Assembly: GCA_051294375.1 (NCBI GenBank)
Contig: CM119265.1
Span: 27,610,874-27,674,873 of the forward strand
DNA from: Paraspadella gotoi
Taxonomy: Eukaryota > Animalia > Chaetognatha
Reading direction: 5' to 3'
DNA: 64,000 bases
Below, piece after piece: positions 41,801 to 53,000 of this stretch (within the stretch, counting starts at the first letter, position 1; each line of letters opens with the position of its first letter). The translations under genes and the position numbers were made by a program. The notes beneath the pieces are model-generated. The model saw nothing but the letters and a program-made list of their open reading frames with translations, did no database searches and was not told the DNA's origin.

Positions 41801-42487
41801 GGATAAGGCGCTACGTGGGCTGAAGATGACTGTCCGTAACATTTCTAACCCCCTCCAGCAGCCATGGAACGGGTCCCTGGGCTTGGAACCAGGCTTGAGG
41901 GTTTGCCATGCCCCCAAAGCGGCTTACGGCCGTCCTCACGCTTCCCGCAGGGTAGGTACCGGGTTGGGATTGAACCCGGTACCTAGTGGTCATGAGCTGA
42001 TGGCTTTACTCAATGAGCCACCGGGTCACAACTGAAAGTGTCATGATTCTAGGCGGGGTGAACCTAGGCAATGCCCGACTACATGCCCCCCAGATTGTAA
42101 CCCACCTTGCACTGCTTCCAGTGGAGGGAGGGGAGCAATCTTCAGCTAGACCAAGGGCCTGGAATCAGAAGGTTGGAATACGCTCGACAGGATGGGCTTA
42201 CCAGTGTGGATAAGGCGCTACGTGGGCTGAAGATTACTGTCCGTAACTTCTATAACCCCCTCTAGCAGCCATGGAATGGGTCCCTGGGCTTGGAACCAGG
42301 CTTGAGGGTTTGCCATGCCCCCAAGGCAGCTTACGGCCGTCCTCACGCTTCCCGCAGGGTAGGTACCGGTTGGGATTGAACCGGTACCTGTGGTCATGAG
42401 CTGATGGCTTTACTCAATGAGCCACCGTGTCACAACTGAATGTGTCATGATTCTAGGCGGGGTGAACCTAGGCAATGCCCGACTACA
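41801..42487 (-). mobile_element. Family 1 tRNA(Met-like)-headed element, 407-bp head-to-tail repeat (1.7 units), with twister-like ribozyme
   Basis: 72-nt tRNA-like block at 42027-41956 (A box TGGCTCATTGAG, CAT loop, B box GGTTCAATCCC) followed by CCTGG-TTCCAAGC-CCAGG...GAGGG. Confidence 0.8.
41805..41896 (-). ncRNA. Twister-like ribozyme, P3-permuted; second copy at ~42212-42303
   Basis: P3 aag/ctt, P4 cctgg/ccagg with loop ttccaagc, P2 gctr/tagc, GA + T1 ggg:tcc, P1 ggtt(a)gaa/ttcagcc, T2 gc:gc. L1 is CACG rather than the canonical UAA. Confidence 0.6.
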
Positions 42488-43480
42488 AATGAGTATAATA
42501 AAAAGTATAGATATGAAAAAGATAAAAATGAAGAAAGCATTTTTTTGGACAATGCAATTTTTTTTACATAAAACTGTATTTTTTGTCATACCTAAATGAA
42601 ACACAGCTCATATGAATCACAAAAGGACAAAGTTTCTTGATATTTAAATTTTATTTTTCGATTATTACATTAAAATGCCGAAAAATAACTGGAAAGTAAC
42701 CGCGACACTTTTTTTTCCATCATGGTACTTTGGGAAAAAGATTAGAACTACAGGGAGGTCCAGCTCTTTAGGGACTAAATTAAAAAAATTGTTTGGATGG
42801 GTAAAAAATAAGAATAATGGTATAAAAATTGGTAAAAAAATTGGTAAAAAATTGTCTTGACTAAATAATCTATTAAACAAATTTGTCATTGGCAACCCTG
42901 ACCTTCTCCGAGTGTCCAGAGAAGGCGGCACATGCTTTTGCGGCCTCACCAGTTAAAAATGCGGTTATTTCTGCCACTATTGCCGCTATAAAAGAATCGA
43001 GAGTTCTGGAGAGGATGCGTGAGTCAACCTGCTTCTCTATCCTACATTTTCATTAATCGAAGGGATCGCAGTCAGAAAGTCAGAAAGTCAGAAAGTCATC
43101 ATCCTTCATCTTGATTTTCGTCAAAATTTCCCCAAATTTTTGTAAATGAACGCCCGCGAAAAAATATGACATGTTATGCCAAAATCGTAAATTCCAGGGG
43201 ATGCTGTTTTATTTTCCAGACATTTTTGATAAAAATGAAGAGAGTAATTAGCCTAATTTTCAAATTTAGTCTCGCTTTTCTTCTATCATAAACCGTTTCT
43301 GTGCAGTAAGCACTTGAAGTTAGTCCCAAAAGAGCTGGATCTCCATGGAGATATCGGGGTTTAACTTTAGTTGAGGAAGAGGAATCGTAATAGAGCGCTC
43401 TCGGAAAATAGTACCTAACTTTCAATTAAAACTTATATTAATTAAAACTTTAATTTATATTAAATCGTCTCCGTTCACAG

Positions 43481-43590
43481 GGCCACGGGACAGATATCAC
43501 CCGAAATGCACTTGCTCCGAACGAATGAAAAATGGATACCCTTTCTTCTCACTCGATTTGGGAACGCCTCACGAAGTAGAAAGTGTCGAA
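43481..43590 (+). CDS. F-type-lectin-like gene B exon PRDRYHPKCTCSERMKNGYPFFSLDLGTPHEVESVE (copy 1)
   Basis: cacag|...|gtaagc, 110 nt. Matches FTP CTHT.....PWW.VDLG....V..V. Confidence 0.85.
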
Positions 43591-43773
43591 GTAAGCTGCT
43601 TGGTTTTGATTGCTTTGCTTTTTAAAGGGACTGCTTATATTGAACGGTTCTGTCACTAACACATAACAATAATTACTGTCTCTTCATCTCAAATGATTAA
43701 TTTGGATTATTAAACGCTTGTTAATCATTATTTTAGCAATAATTTTTTTGGATTCTTATCGTTGACGTTGAAG

Positions 43774-43838
<65 letters not shown>

Positions 43839-44033
43839 TTTTTCTCTTCCTCATGTATAATGATATGTCTGACTTTGTAACAGAGTAATTAGTGGGTCAT
43901 TTCAATCTCATTTACATATTGTAGTAGTTTAGCTCATTTCTCAATTATTTTGATACGTACGCTTTTCATAGAAGTCTTAATTTGATTATTTTAGCAATAA
44001 TTTAAATGGAGTTTGATAATAAATCTTTTTTAG

Positions 44034-44106
44034 GTTTTTCCTATTCTTCATCAACCGTATCTTCCAAAGAGGATGGACTATCTCATATTTCCCTTTAAAA
44101 TTACAG
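44034..44106 (+). CDS. Gene B exon VFPILHQPYLPKRMDYLIFPFKIT (copy 1)
   Basis: ttttag|...|gtgact, 73 nt, paralogous to 28715-28781. Confidence 0.8.
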
Positions 44107-45443
44107 GTGACTTCACTTTAGAGGTGCAGGGGGCCAATAGGGTGTTTCACCCAAATTTGAAAAGTTTTCAGATCTTGCGCCGCCAGTGACTTTATTTTCA
44201 CGTTTATTTTCCTTTGATCACACCAGATGACATGACATGACATGACATGACATGACATGACATGACTAAAAACCTTTCTTAGCCCATTATTTATGACATG
44301 CACTGCATCGAAATTCCGTCTTTTATTCCTTATAGATTTAGGATTTCTTGAAGCTGCGCTAGCTGTCCCCTAGATTTGAGGTTTTTTCCTGTCTGCATTT
44401 TTAACGTAAGTAGGACAGACTGATGAACAGACATACCGACTGACGGACCGACAGACCGACCGACCGTAACTAAAAACTTTCTGGCTTCTTTCCAAAAGAG
44501 CTCCGTTTCAGAATTCAGAATTAAGTTTGTTTTTAGGTTTAATAATTAGGTAAGAGGTTATGGATTAGGTTTTTGATTACGGTTAACCGTTATGGATTAG
44601 TTTTCGGATTACTGTTAACCGTTAAGGATTTGAGTTTTAAGTTTTGAGATTCAAGTTAAGAGAAGGTTAATGAATAATGATTAAAGTCAAGGGATTAGTT
44701 TAGGGATTGGGAATAAGGGTGAGAGATTGGAATATACCATGATGGAAAAAAAAGTGTCGCGGTTTGGAAAACCAGTTAATTTTATTGTCAAATATATTTT
44801 TGGCTAATAAATAAGTTTTAATAGGTAATCTGACCTCCCTAAGACTGAATAATATAATAATTTCTCAACAGTATTAAATTATTCAATGCATTCAAATACT
44901 TCCATAAGAGGTTGTCTCTAACTGTTTTCACTTCTTTTTGATTAAGAGAACTACTCATATTATTATTATAATTATATCTCTGACATGATATTTTTTATCA
45001 GATTTGGGTAAAAAATGGTCCTTAGCAAGCAGTGAAAAAGATTGATTCTTTATAAAGTAAACCAGGCTTAAGTTATTGTTGCATAATGTGATAATTCATT
45101 ATCTTTCACTTCAACAAAATCTTTATTTTTTTATTTTTGGACTTGTTTAACACTTGATTCTGATAATATATTCAAGGTAATAAAATAATAACTTTGCTTA
45201 CAGAAAGGTTACCCGGAACCTTTATTGATTTAACTTTAACTTTTATTGATACTTTACAATTTAAAAATAATATTCTGTAATATCTACAGCATCAATGTAT
45301 TTTTAATATTGCTCATTTTTTGATATATAAATTAAGATTTATGCCTGAATCTATCCTAATGGAGATAATGCAATAACCATTTGACATAAGACTGAGAAAA
45401 GGCAGGATTTTTAATTATATTGATTAAACTCACAAAGTAATAA

Positions 45444-46132
45444 GGATAAGGCGCTACGTGGGCTGAAGATGACTGTCCGTAACATTTCTAACCCCCTCTA
45501 GCAGCCATGGAACGGGTCCTGGGCTTGGAACCAGGCTTGAGGGTTTGCCATGCCCCCAAAGCGGCTTACGGCCGTCCTCACGCTTCCCGCAGGGTAGGTA
45601 CCGGGTTGGGATTGAACCCGGTACCTAGTGGTCATGAGCTGATGGCTTTACTCAATGAGCCACCGGGTCACAACTGAAAGTGTCATGATTCTAGGCGGGG
45701 TGAACCTAGGCAATGCCCGACTACATGCCCCCCAGATTGTAACCCACCTTGCACTGCTTCCAGTGGAGGGAGGGAGCAATCTTCAGCTAGACCAAGGGCC
45801 TGGAATCAGAAGGTTGGAATACGCTCGACAGGATGGGCTTACCAGTGTGGATAAGGCGCTACGTGGGCTGAAGATTACTGTCCGTAACTTCTATTAACCC
45901 CCTCTAGCAGCCATGGAATGGGTCCCTGGGCTTGGAACCAGGCTTGAGGGTTTGCCATGCCCCCAAGGCAGCTTACGGCCGTCCTCACGCTTCCCGCAGG
46001 GTAGGTACCGGGTTGGGATTGAACCTGGTACCTTGTGGTCATGAGCTGATGGCTTTACTCAATGAGCCACCGTGTCACAACTGAATGTGTCATGATTCTA
46101 GGCGGGGTGAACCTAGGCAATGCCCGACTACA
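45444..46132 (-). mobile_element. Family 1 tRNA/twister-like tandem element (duplicate of 41801-42487)
   Basis: Part of the 3.64-kb duplication. Confidence 0.8.
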
Positions 46133-47122
46133 AATGAGTATAATAAAAAGTATAGATATGAAAAAGATAAAAATGAAGAAAGCATTTTTTTGGACAATGC
46201 AATTTTTTTTACATAAAACTGTATTTTTTGTCATACCTAAATGAAACACAGCTCATATGAATCACAAAAGGACAAAGTTTCTTGATATTTAAATTTTATT
46301 TTTCGATTATTACATTAAAATGCCGAAAAATAACTGGAAAGTAACCGCGACACTTTTTTTTCCATCATGGTACTTGGAAAAAGATTAGAACTACAGGGAG
46401 GTCCAGCTCTTTAGGGACTAAATTAAAAAATTGTTTGGATGGGTAAAAAATAGAATAATGGTATAAAAATTGGTAAAAAATTGGTTAAAAAATTGTCTTG
46501 ACTAAATAATCTATTAAACAAATTTGTCATTGGCAACCCTGACCTTCTCCGAGTGTCCAGAGAAGGCGGCACATGCTTTTGCGGCCTCACCAGTTAAAAA
46601 TGCGGTTATTTCTGCCACTATTGCCGCTATAAAAGAATCGAGAGTTCTGGAGAGGATGCGTGAGTCAACCTGCTTCTCTATCCTACATTTTCATTAATCG
46701 AAGGGATCGCAGTCAGAAAGTCAGAAAGTCAGAAAGTCATCATCCTTCATCTTGATTTTCGTCAAAATTTCCCCAAATTTTTGTAAATGAACGCCCGCGA
46801 AAAAATATGACATGTTATGCCAAAATCGTAAATTCCAGGGGATGCTGTTTTATTTTCCAGACATTTTTGATAAAAATGAAGAGAGTAATTAGCCTAATTT
46901 TCAAATTTAGTCTCGCTTTTCTTCTATCATAAACCGTTTCTGTGCAGTAAGCACTTGAAGTTAGTCCCAAAAGAGCTGGATCTCCATGGAGATATCGGGG
47001 TTTTAACTTTAGTTGAGGAAGAGGAATCGTAATAGAGCGCTCTCGGAAAATAGTACCTAACTTTCAATTAAAACTTATATTAATTAAAACTTTAATTTAT
47101 ATTAAATCGTCTCCGTTCACAG

Positions 47123-47232
47123 GGCCACGGGACAGATATCACCCGAAATGCACTTGCTCCGAACGAATGAAAAATGGATACCCTTTCTTCTCACTCGATT
47201 TGGGAACGCCTCACGAAGTAGAAAGTGTCGAA
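47123..47232 (+). CDS. Gene B exon PRDRYHPKCTCS...VESVE (copy 2)
   Basis: Identical to 43481-43590. Confidence 0.85.
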
Positions 47233-47411
47233 GTAAGCTGCTTGGTTTTGATTGCTTTGCTTTTTAAAGGACTGCTTATATTGAACGGTTCTGTCACTAA
47301 CACATAACAATAATTACTGTCTCTTCATCTCAAATGATTAATTTGGATTATTAAACGCTTGTTAATCATTATTTTAGCAATAATTTTTTTGGATTCTTAT
47401 CGTTGACGTTG

Positions 47412-47464
<53 letters not shown>

Positions 47465-47659
47465 TTTTTCTCTTCCTCATGTATAATGATATGTCTGACT
47501 TTGTAACAGAGTAATTAGTGGGTCATTTCAATCTCATTTACATATTGTAGTAGTTTAGCTCATTTCTCAATTATTTTGATACGTACGCTTTTCATAGAAG
47601 TCTTAATTTGATTATTTTAGCAATAATTTAAATGGAGTTTGATAATAAATCTTTTTTAG

Positions 47660-47732
47660 GTTTTTCCTATTCTTCATCAACCGTATCTTCCAAAGAGGAT
47701 GGACTATCTCATATTTCCCTTTAAAATTACAG
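47660..47732 (+). CDS. Gene B exon VFPILHQPYLPKRMDYLIFPFKIT (copy 2)
   Basis: Identical to 44034-44106. Confidence 0.8.
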
Positions 47733-47762
47733 GTGACTTCACTTTAGAGGTGCAGGGCCAAT

Positions 47763-50010
47763 AGGGTGTTTCACCCAAATTTGAAAAGTTTTCAGATCTT
47801 AATTTACATCAAGGAAAATATGTTGGGAGGTAAAAAAATAAGATTGTACTACTTTTTGTCAAAATTGGCGCAACACCCTTAGTGCTACCCTCGCCTAAAG
47901 ATAAAAAAGCACACCTTGGGCACATTTTCGTCAATTGACTGAAACCTAATGATCCAATCCACGTCCAAAGGATCTTATTAGTTGCCCAACCTTCTAAGGA
48001 TAATGCAGTAAAAATTTCAGCTCTCTATCATGACGAAGGCTCACACTACAGCAGTTACTGTGTGATGGAGTATAGAGAACAATAAGCTTTAAACATTTAA
48101 ACTCAAAACAAAATCATTTCTCTTCAGATCTAATATTTTTTTATATAATATCATACTAGTAGGAGCCAAGTATCTTATTTTTTGAAAGTATGCCCACATC
48201 CTGGTGGATACTTCCTGTACAAACACTAAAAATATAAATCACTACTGTATATCATTTTTTCAACAGTTTTTTAAATCTACAGTGTTAATTGTGACATACT
48301 AATTAGTAGTCGTCTTGCAACAGTGCAATAGACCCTTAAAATTTTCATGGAGTTGCACTTAAATGCAACTGCAGCAGCTTTTTGACCATTTTCTTTAATT
48401 TTATGAAAAACTAATGATGCTATTTTACCCTAACTGATCTCAATACTTGTACAATGTCCATGTTTTCAATATTAATCTTGTATAAATATTAAATATATAT
48501 CATGTCTTCGGACCTTTCTACAGCAATCACAATATGCTGGAGAAAGATTAGTGATTTTTGTTTTTAGTGTTTTGTACAGGAAGTATCCACCAGGATGTGG
48601 GCACACCTTTTAAAAAATAGGACACTTGGCTCCTACTAGTATGATATTATATAAAAAAAAATTAGATCTGAAGAGAAATGATTTTATTTTGAGTTTAAAT
48701 GTTTAAAGCCTATTGTTCTCTATACTCCACCATACAGTAACTGCTGTAGTGTAANNNNNNNNNNNNNNNNNNNNNNNNNAATTTACATCAAGGAAAATAT
48801 GTTGGGAGGTAAAAAAAATAAGATTGTACTACTTTTTGTAAAATTGGCGCAACACCCTTAGTGCTACCCTCGCTAAAGGATAAAAAGCACACCTCTGGGC
48901 ACATTTTCGTCAATTGACTGAAACCTTATGATCCAATCACGTCAAAGGATCTATATAGTTGCCGCAAGCCTTCTAAGGATAATGCAAGTAAAGATTTATC
49001 AGCTCTCTATCATGACGAAGGCTCACACTACAGCAGTTACGTGTTGTATGGAGTATAGAGACAATAAGCTTTAAACATTTAAACTCAAAACAAAATCATT
49101 TCTCTTCAGATCTATATATTTTTTTATATAATATCATACTAGTAGGAGCCAAGTATCTTATTTTTTGAAAGGTTATGCCCACATCCTGGTGGATACTTCC
49201 TGTACAAACACTTAAAAATATAATCACTACTGTATATTCATTTTTTCAACATTTTTTAAATCTTACAGTGTTAATTGTGACATACTAATTATGAGTCGTC
49301 TTGCAACAGTGCAATAGACCCTTAAAATTTTCATGGAGTTGCACTTAAATGCAACTGCAGCAGCTTTTTGACCATTTTCTTTAATTTTATGAAAAACTAA
49401 TGATGCTATTTTACCCTAACTGATCTCAATACTTTGTACAATGTCCATGTTTTCAATATTAATCTTGTATAAATATTAAATATATATCATGTCTTCGGAC
49501 TTTCTACAGCAATCACAATATGCTGGAGAAAGATTAGTGATTTTTGTTTTTAGTGTTTTGTACAGGAAGTATCCACCAGGATGTGGGCACACTTTTAAAA
49601 AATAGGACACTTGGCTCCTACTAGTATGATATTATATAAAAAAAATTAGATCTGAAGAGAAAATGATTTTATTTTGAGTTTAAATGTTTAAAGCCTATTG
49701 TTCTCTATACTCCACCATACAGTAACTGCTGTAGTGTAAGCCTTTGTCATTATAGAAAGCTGAAATTTTTACTGCATCAACTGGGACAACTAATAAGATC
49801 CTTTGGACGTGGATTGGCTCATGAGGAGGTATTCAGTCAATTGACAAAATGTGCCCAAGGTGTGCTTTTTTATCCTTTAGGCGAGGGTAGCACTAAGGGT
49901 GTTGCACAATTTTGACAAAAAGTAGTACAATCTTATTTTTTACCTCCCAACGTATTTTCCTAGATGTAAATTAAGATGTGAAAACTTTTCAAATTTGAGT
50001 GAAACACCCT
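47763..50010. mobile_element. Mutator-like foldback element with ~470-bp TIRs; ~1.3 kb once the gap overlap is removed
   Basis: Ends AGGGTGTTTCAC...GTGAAACACCCT. The 11-bp TSD AGGGGGCCAAT is intact at 44128-44138 and 50011-50021. Confidence 0.75.
48755..48779. other. Scaffold gap (25 N) with ~950 bp repeated on both sides
   Basis: 47801-48754 is repeated at 48780-49739. Confidence 0.95.
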
Positions 50011-53000
50011 AGGGGGCCAATAGGAGGTTGAGTGAAATGTCATTCGCGTAAACTTAAACAATTAAGAATTAATGTGTGTGTTGTAAGGCATTATGAAGAC
50101 AAAAGGGAAAGAGAGTTTGCAATTAGTTTAACTTATGAGTGGAGAACAATCTGGGATACAATTATGCACTTTGATACATCTATGTCATGCGCCAGGTAGG
50201 TTTAAATTTTTGGACAGCATATTTGGATTGCGCATTTGTAGTAATAGTTGGTGTTATTTGTGAGCTTTGTGGTGTTGCAGCACGTGAGCGATGGCATATT
50301 TTGACTTAGTATGAAGTGGTTCTAAAAACTCTGGGAGAAGTTGAGAGTTAAAATTCATTAAATTTAAAATTTGATGATAAGAGAGTGGATGACCGAGAAA
50401 TGTGCTTAGGTTTAACAGGACAAGGGGCTAGGGTATGGTTAAGAAATAAACTAGGTTTTACATTAAGATCTGTTTATATTCAGGATGAGAGCAGAGAGGA
50501 TTAGGCATGTTGAGTCGGCGGTTGAAAATATTTGTGGAAAATATTTGTGATTTATTTGAGAAAGGATTTAGAACAAGATTATTGGGTTGGCAAATTAAGT
50601 GGCAGATTGAGAAGTTTCGTTTGCACATAATACGTTTTTAACTAGCGGTAGCCGACCAAATTCAAATTTTAATGGGAACAGCATTAAAACTAATCCATTA
50701 TTGGTATTAATTATTGTTGTTAAAATATTTTTTTGCAAAAATGTTCCGAACCATGAGTAATTCGCTAATTAATATTATTATATTGCTATATAATGTCAAA
50801 AATTTTGATGTTTTATTACTAAAAATTAGTAAAAACTGCTAAATTCATCGGATGATGATGATGATGATGATTTTTTAAGGTTTTTTTCAATTTAAACCCA
50901 CTTATCATCAAAATATTGGGAAAAGAATTATACTTTGTGTAGATAACTTTTCATAAGCTATTTGAATCTGCTTTAAAAAAAAAATTCAAAAAAAAAATTT
51001 TTGACATTTTCTATCTATAAATAAATATTAAAAAAATAATTACTAATGCTTCTTGCCATTTTAGAAAATTTTGCTCCATTGAAAGTTTTCTCAGAAATGT
51101 ATGAAGTTTCATTTGGAAAGGTTCCCAAATCAAACTTCTGACCCACCCCATTGACGAAGTTTGGCTCTATTTTTAACGTTTTTAGAACGTTTATTTTTGT
51201 TTTCTTTTGTTTTTACCTTTTAGAAAGGTAAGTTGTTTTGTTTCACATATTGCATTTCAGCATTTTTCTGACGTTTATTTCCTTTTATTGGGGATGAGCA
51301 TCGTTTCTAAACTATTGAGTATTTTAAATAAACTTGGTACCGATCGATAGGAAATTTAAAATACTATCTATATGCAAAATTTCATAAAATCGGATAATCC
51401 GTTCAAAAGTTATGGCAATAAAACAGTCGCAAAATCGCGCTTCAAATCGATCAACTTTCGCTTAAAATCGAACTCGTTTTGATCCAATAAGGATTTGAAC
51501 TACCGTAGTACTAAGCTTTAAACCGATAATAGTGATTATGCGCGAACCGGGCCTCATAAAGAGAAAATAGAATAAGCAAAGCCCGGAAAAAAGGGAATCC
51601 TTCACAAATAAATCACAAAAATAATATAATTATAACAATAAAAAAGGAAAAAGACAAGAGAGCCAAAGAAGTAAAAATTGAAAGTATATTGACTGATCTC
51701 ACCAGCAAAACTACTATTAAACTAACTCAATTTAATATCGTTAATTCAAGATTGAGAATTCACTATCGTCACTTCACGATTAATTTTTCATTTTTGAATC
51801 ATTTTAATTTTATGATAACTGATTTTAATATGATAGCAATAAAACTATAATTAAAAGATAATGATTGATAATGGTAAGTAAATTGATGCAATGAATGAAA
51901 TTAATTAAACTAATGATGATGACGATAGTTTAATATCTAAAATTTGTCATATCTGAATCCGGATTTGACTACGATAATTTAGCGGTAATCAGCTAAAAAT
52001 TATGCAAGTTGAAAAAGGTATGCAAGTTGAAAAAGGTATGCCAGTTGAAAAAAGTATGCAAGTTGAAAAAAGTATGCAAGTTAAAAAAAGTATGCAAGTT
52101 GAAAAAAGTATGCAGTTGAAAAAAGTATGCAAGGTTGAAAAAGTATGCAATTGAAAAAGTATGCATACTTTGAAAAAAGTATGCATACTTTGAAGAAAAA
52201 AGTATGCATACTTTGAAAAAGTATGCATACTTTGAAAAAAGTATGCATACTTTGAAAAAAGTATGCATACTTTGAAAAGAGTATGCATACTTCAAAAAAG
52301 TAGGCATACTTCAAAAAAGTAGGCATTTGGAAAGGTTCCCAAATCAAACTTCTGACCCACCCCATTGACAAAGTTGGCTCTATTTTAACGTTTTTAGAAC
52401 GTTTATTTTTGTTTTCTTTTGTTTTTACCTTTTAGAAAGGTAAGTTGTTTTGTTTCACATATTGCATTTCAGCATTTTTCTGACGTTTATTTCCTTTTAT
52501 TGGGATGAGCATCGTTTCTAAACTATTGAGTATTTTTAAAATAAACTTGGTACCGATCGATAGGAAATTTAAAATACTATCTATATACAAAATTTCATAA
52601 AAATCGGATAATCCGTTCAAAAGTTATGGCAATAAAACAGTCGCGAAAATCGCGCTTCAAATCGATCAACTTTCGCTTAAAATCGAACTCGTTTTGATCC
52701 AATAGGATTTGAACTACCGTAGTACTAAGCTTTAAACCGATAATAGTGATTATGCGCGAACCGGGCCTCATAAGAGAAAATAGAATAAGCAAAGCCCGGA
52801 AAAAAAGGAATCCTTACAAAATAAATCACAAAAATAATATAATTATAAAAGAATAAAAAAGGAAAAAGACAAGAGAGCCAAAGAAGTAATAAATTGAAGT
52901 ATATTGACTGATCTCACCAGCAAAACTACAAAGTATGCATACTTTGAAAAAGTATGCATACTTTGAAAAAAGTATGCATACTTTGAAAAAGTACGCATAC

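Larger units (their letters stand above)
41087..42725. mobile_element. Non-autonomous TIR element (Tc1/mariner-type, TA target) hosting the SINE dimer; duplicate at 44737-46370
   Basis: TA-CCATGATGGAAAAAAAAGTGTCGCGGTT ... AACCGCGACACTTTTTTTTCCATCATGG-TA. A further TIR copy lies at ~2435. Confidence 0.8.
40531..47800. repeat. Near-identical 3.64-kb tandem duplication (40531-44175 / 44176-47800)
   Basis: Continuous identity apart from homopolymer and microsatellite indels. Confidence 0.95.

Noticed and set aside
41815-41845. Hammerhead from CTGAAGA in family 1 (plus strand)
   Set aside because: No GAAA follows (cgtaac), the motif is not kept in the 60.7-kb copy, and it is the antisense of the twister P1 hairpin.
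41956-42027. Functional tRNA-Met gene (likewise tRNA-Gly at 59254-59325)
   Set aside because: The anticodon stems do not pair and the blocks are embedded in dispersed repeats, so they are SINE-type heads.
42080-42142. HDV-like ribozyme on the minus strand (gattgct-cccc-tcc-ctccact-gga-agcagtg...gggggg)
   Set aside because: P1, P2 and P3 can be drawn, but P1.1 GG, the G1 pair and a proper J4/2 are missing. A simple hairpin explains the complementarity.
41811-42604. Short ORFs in the 407-bp repeat as proteins
   Set aside because: They start at non-ATG or incidental codons and the frames are not conserved between copies.
43235-43412. Signal-peptide-like ORF MKRVISLIFKFSLAFLLS* suggesting TAA/TAG reassignment
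   Set aside because: The confident exons contain no in-frame TAA or TAG, and splicing explains the stops.
47801-49739. Tandem dimer of the foldback element
   Set aside because: The duplicate flanks a 25-N gap exactly, as expected for unmerged overlapping contig ends.
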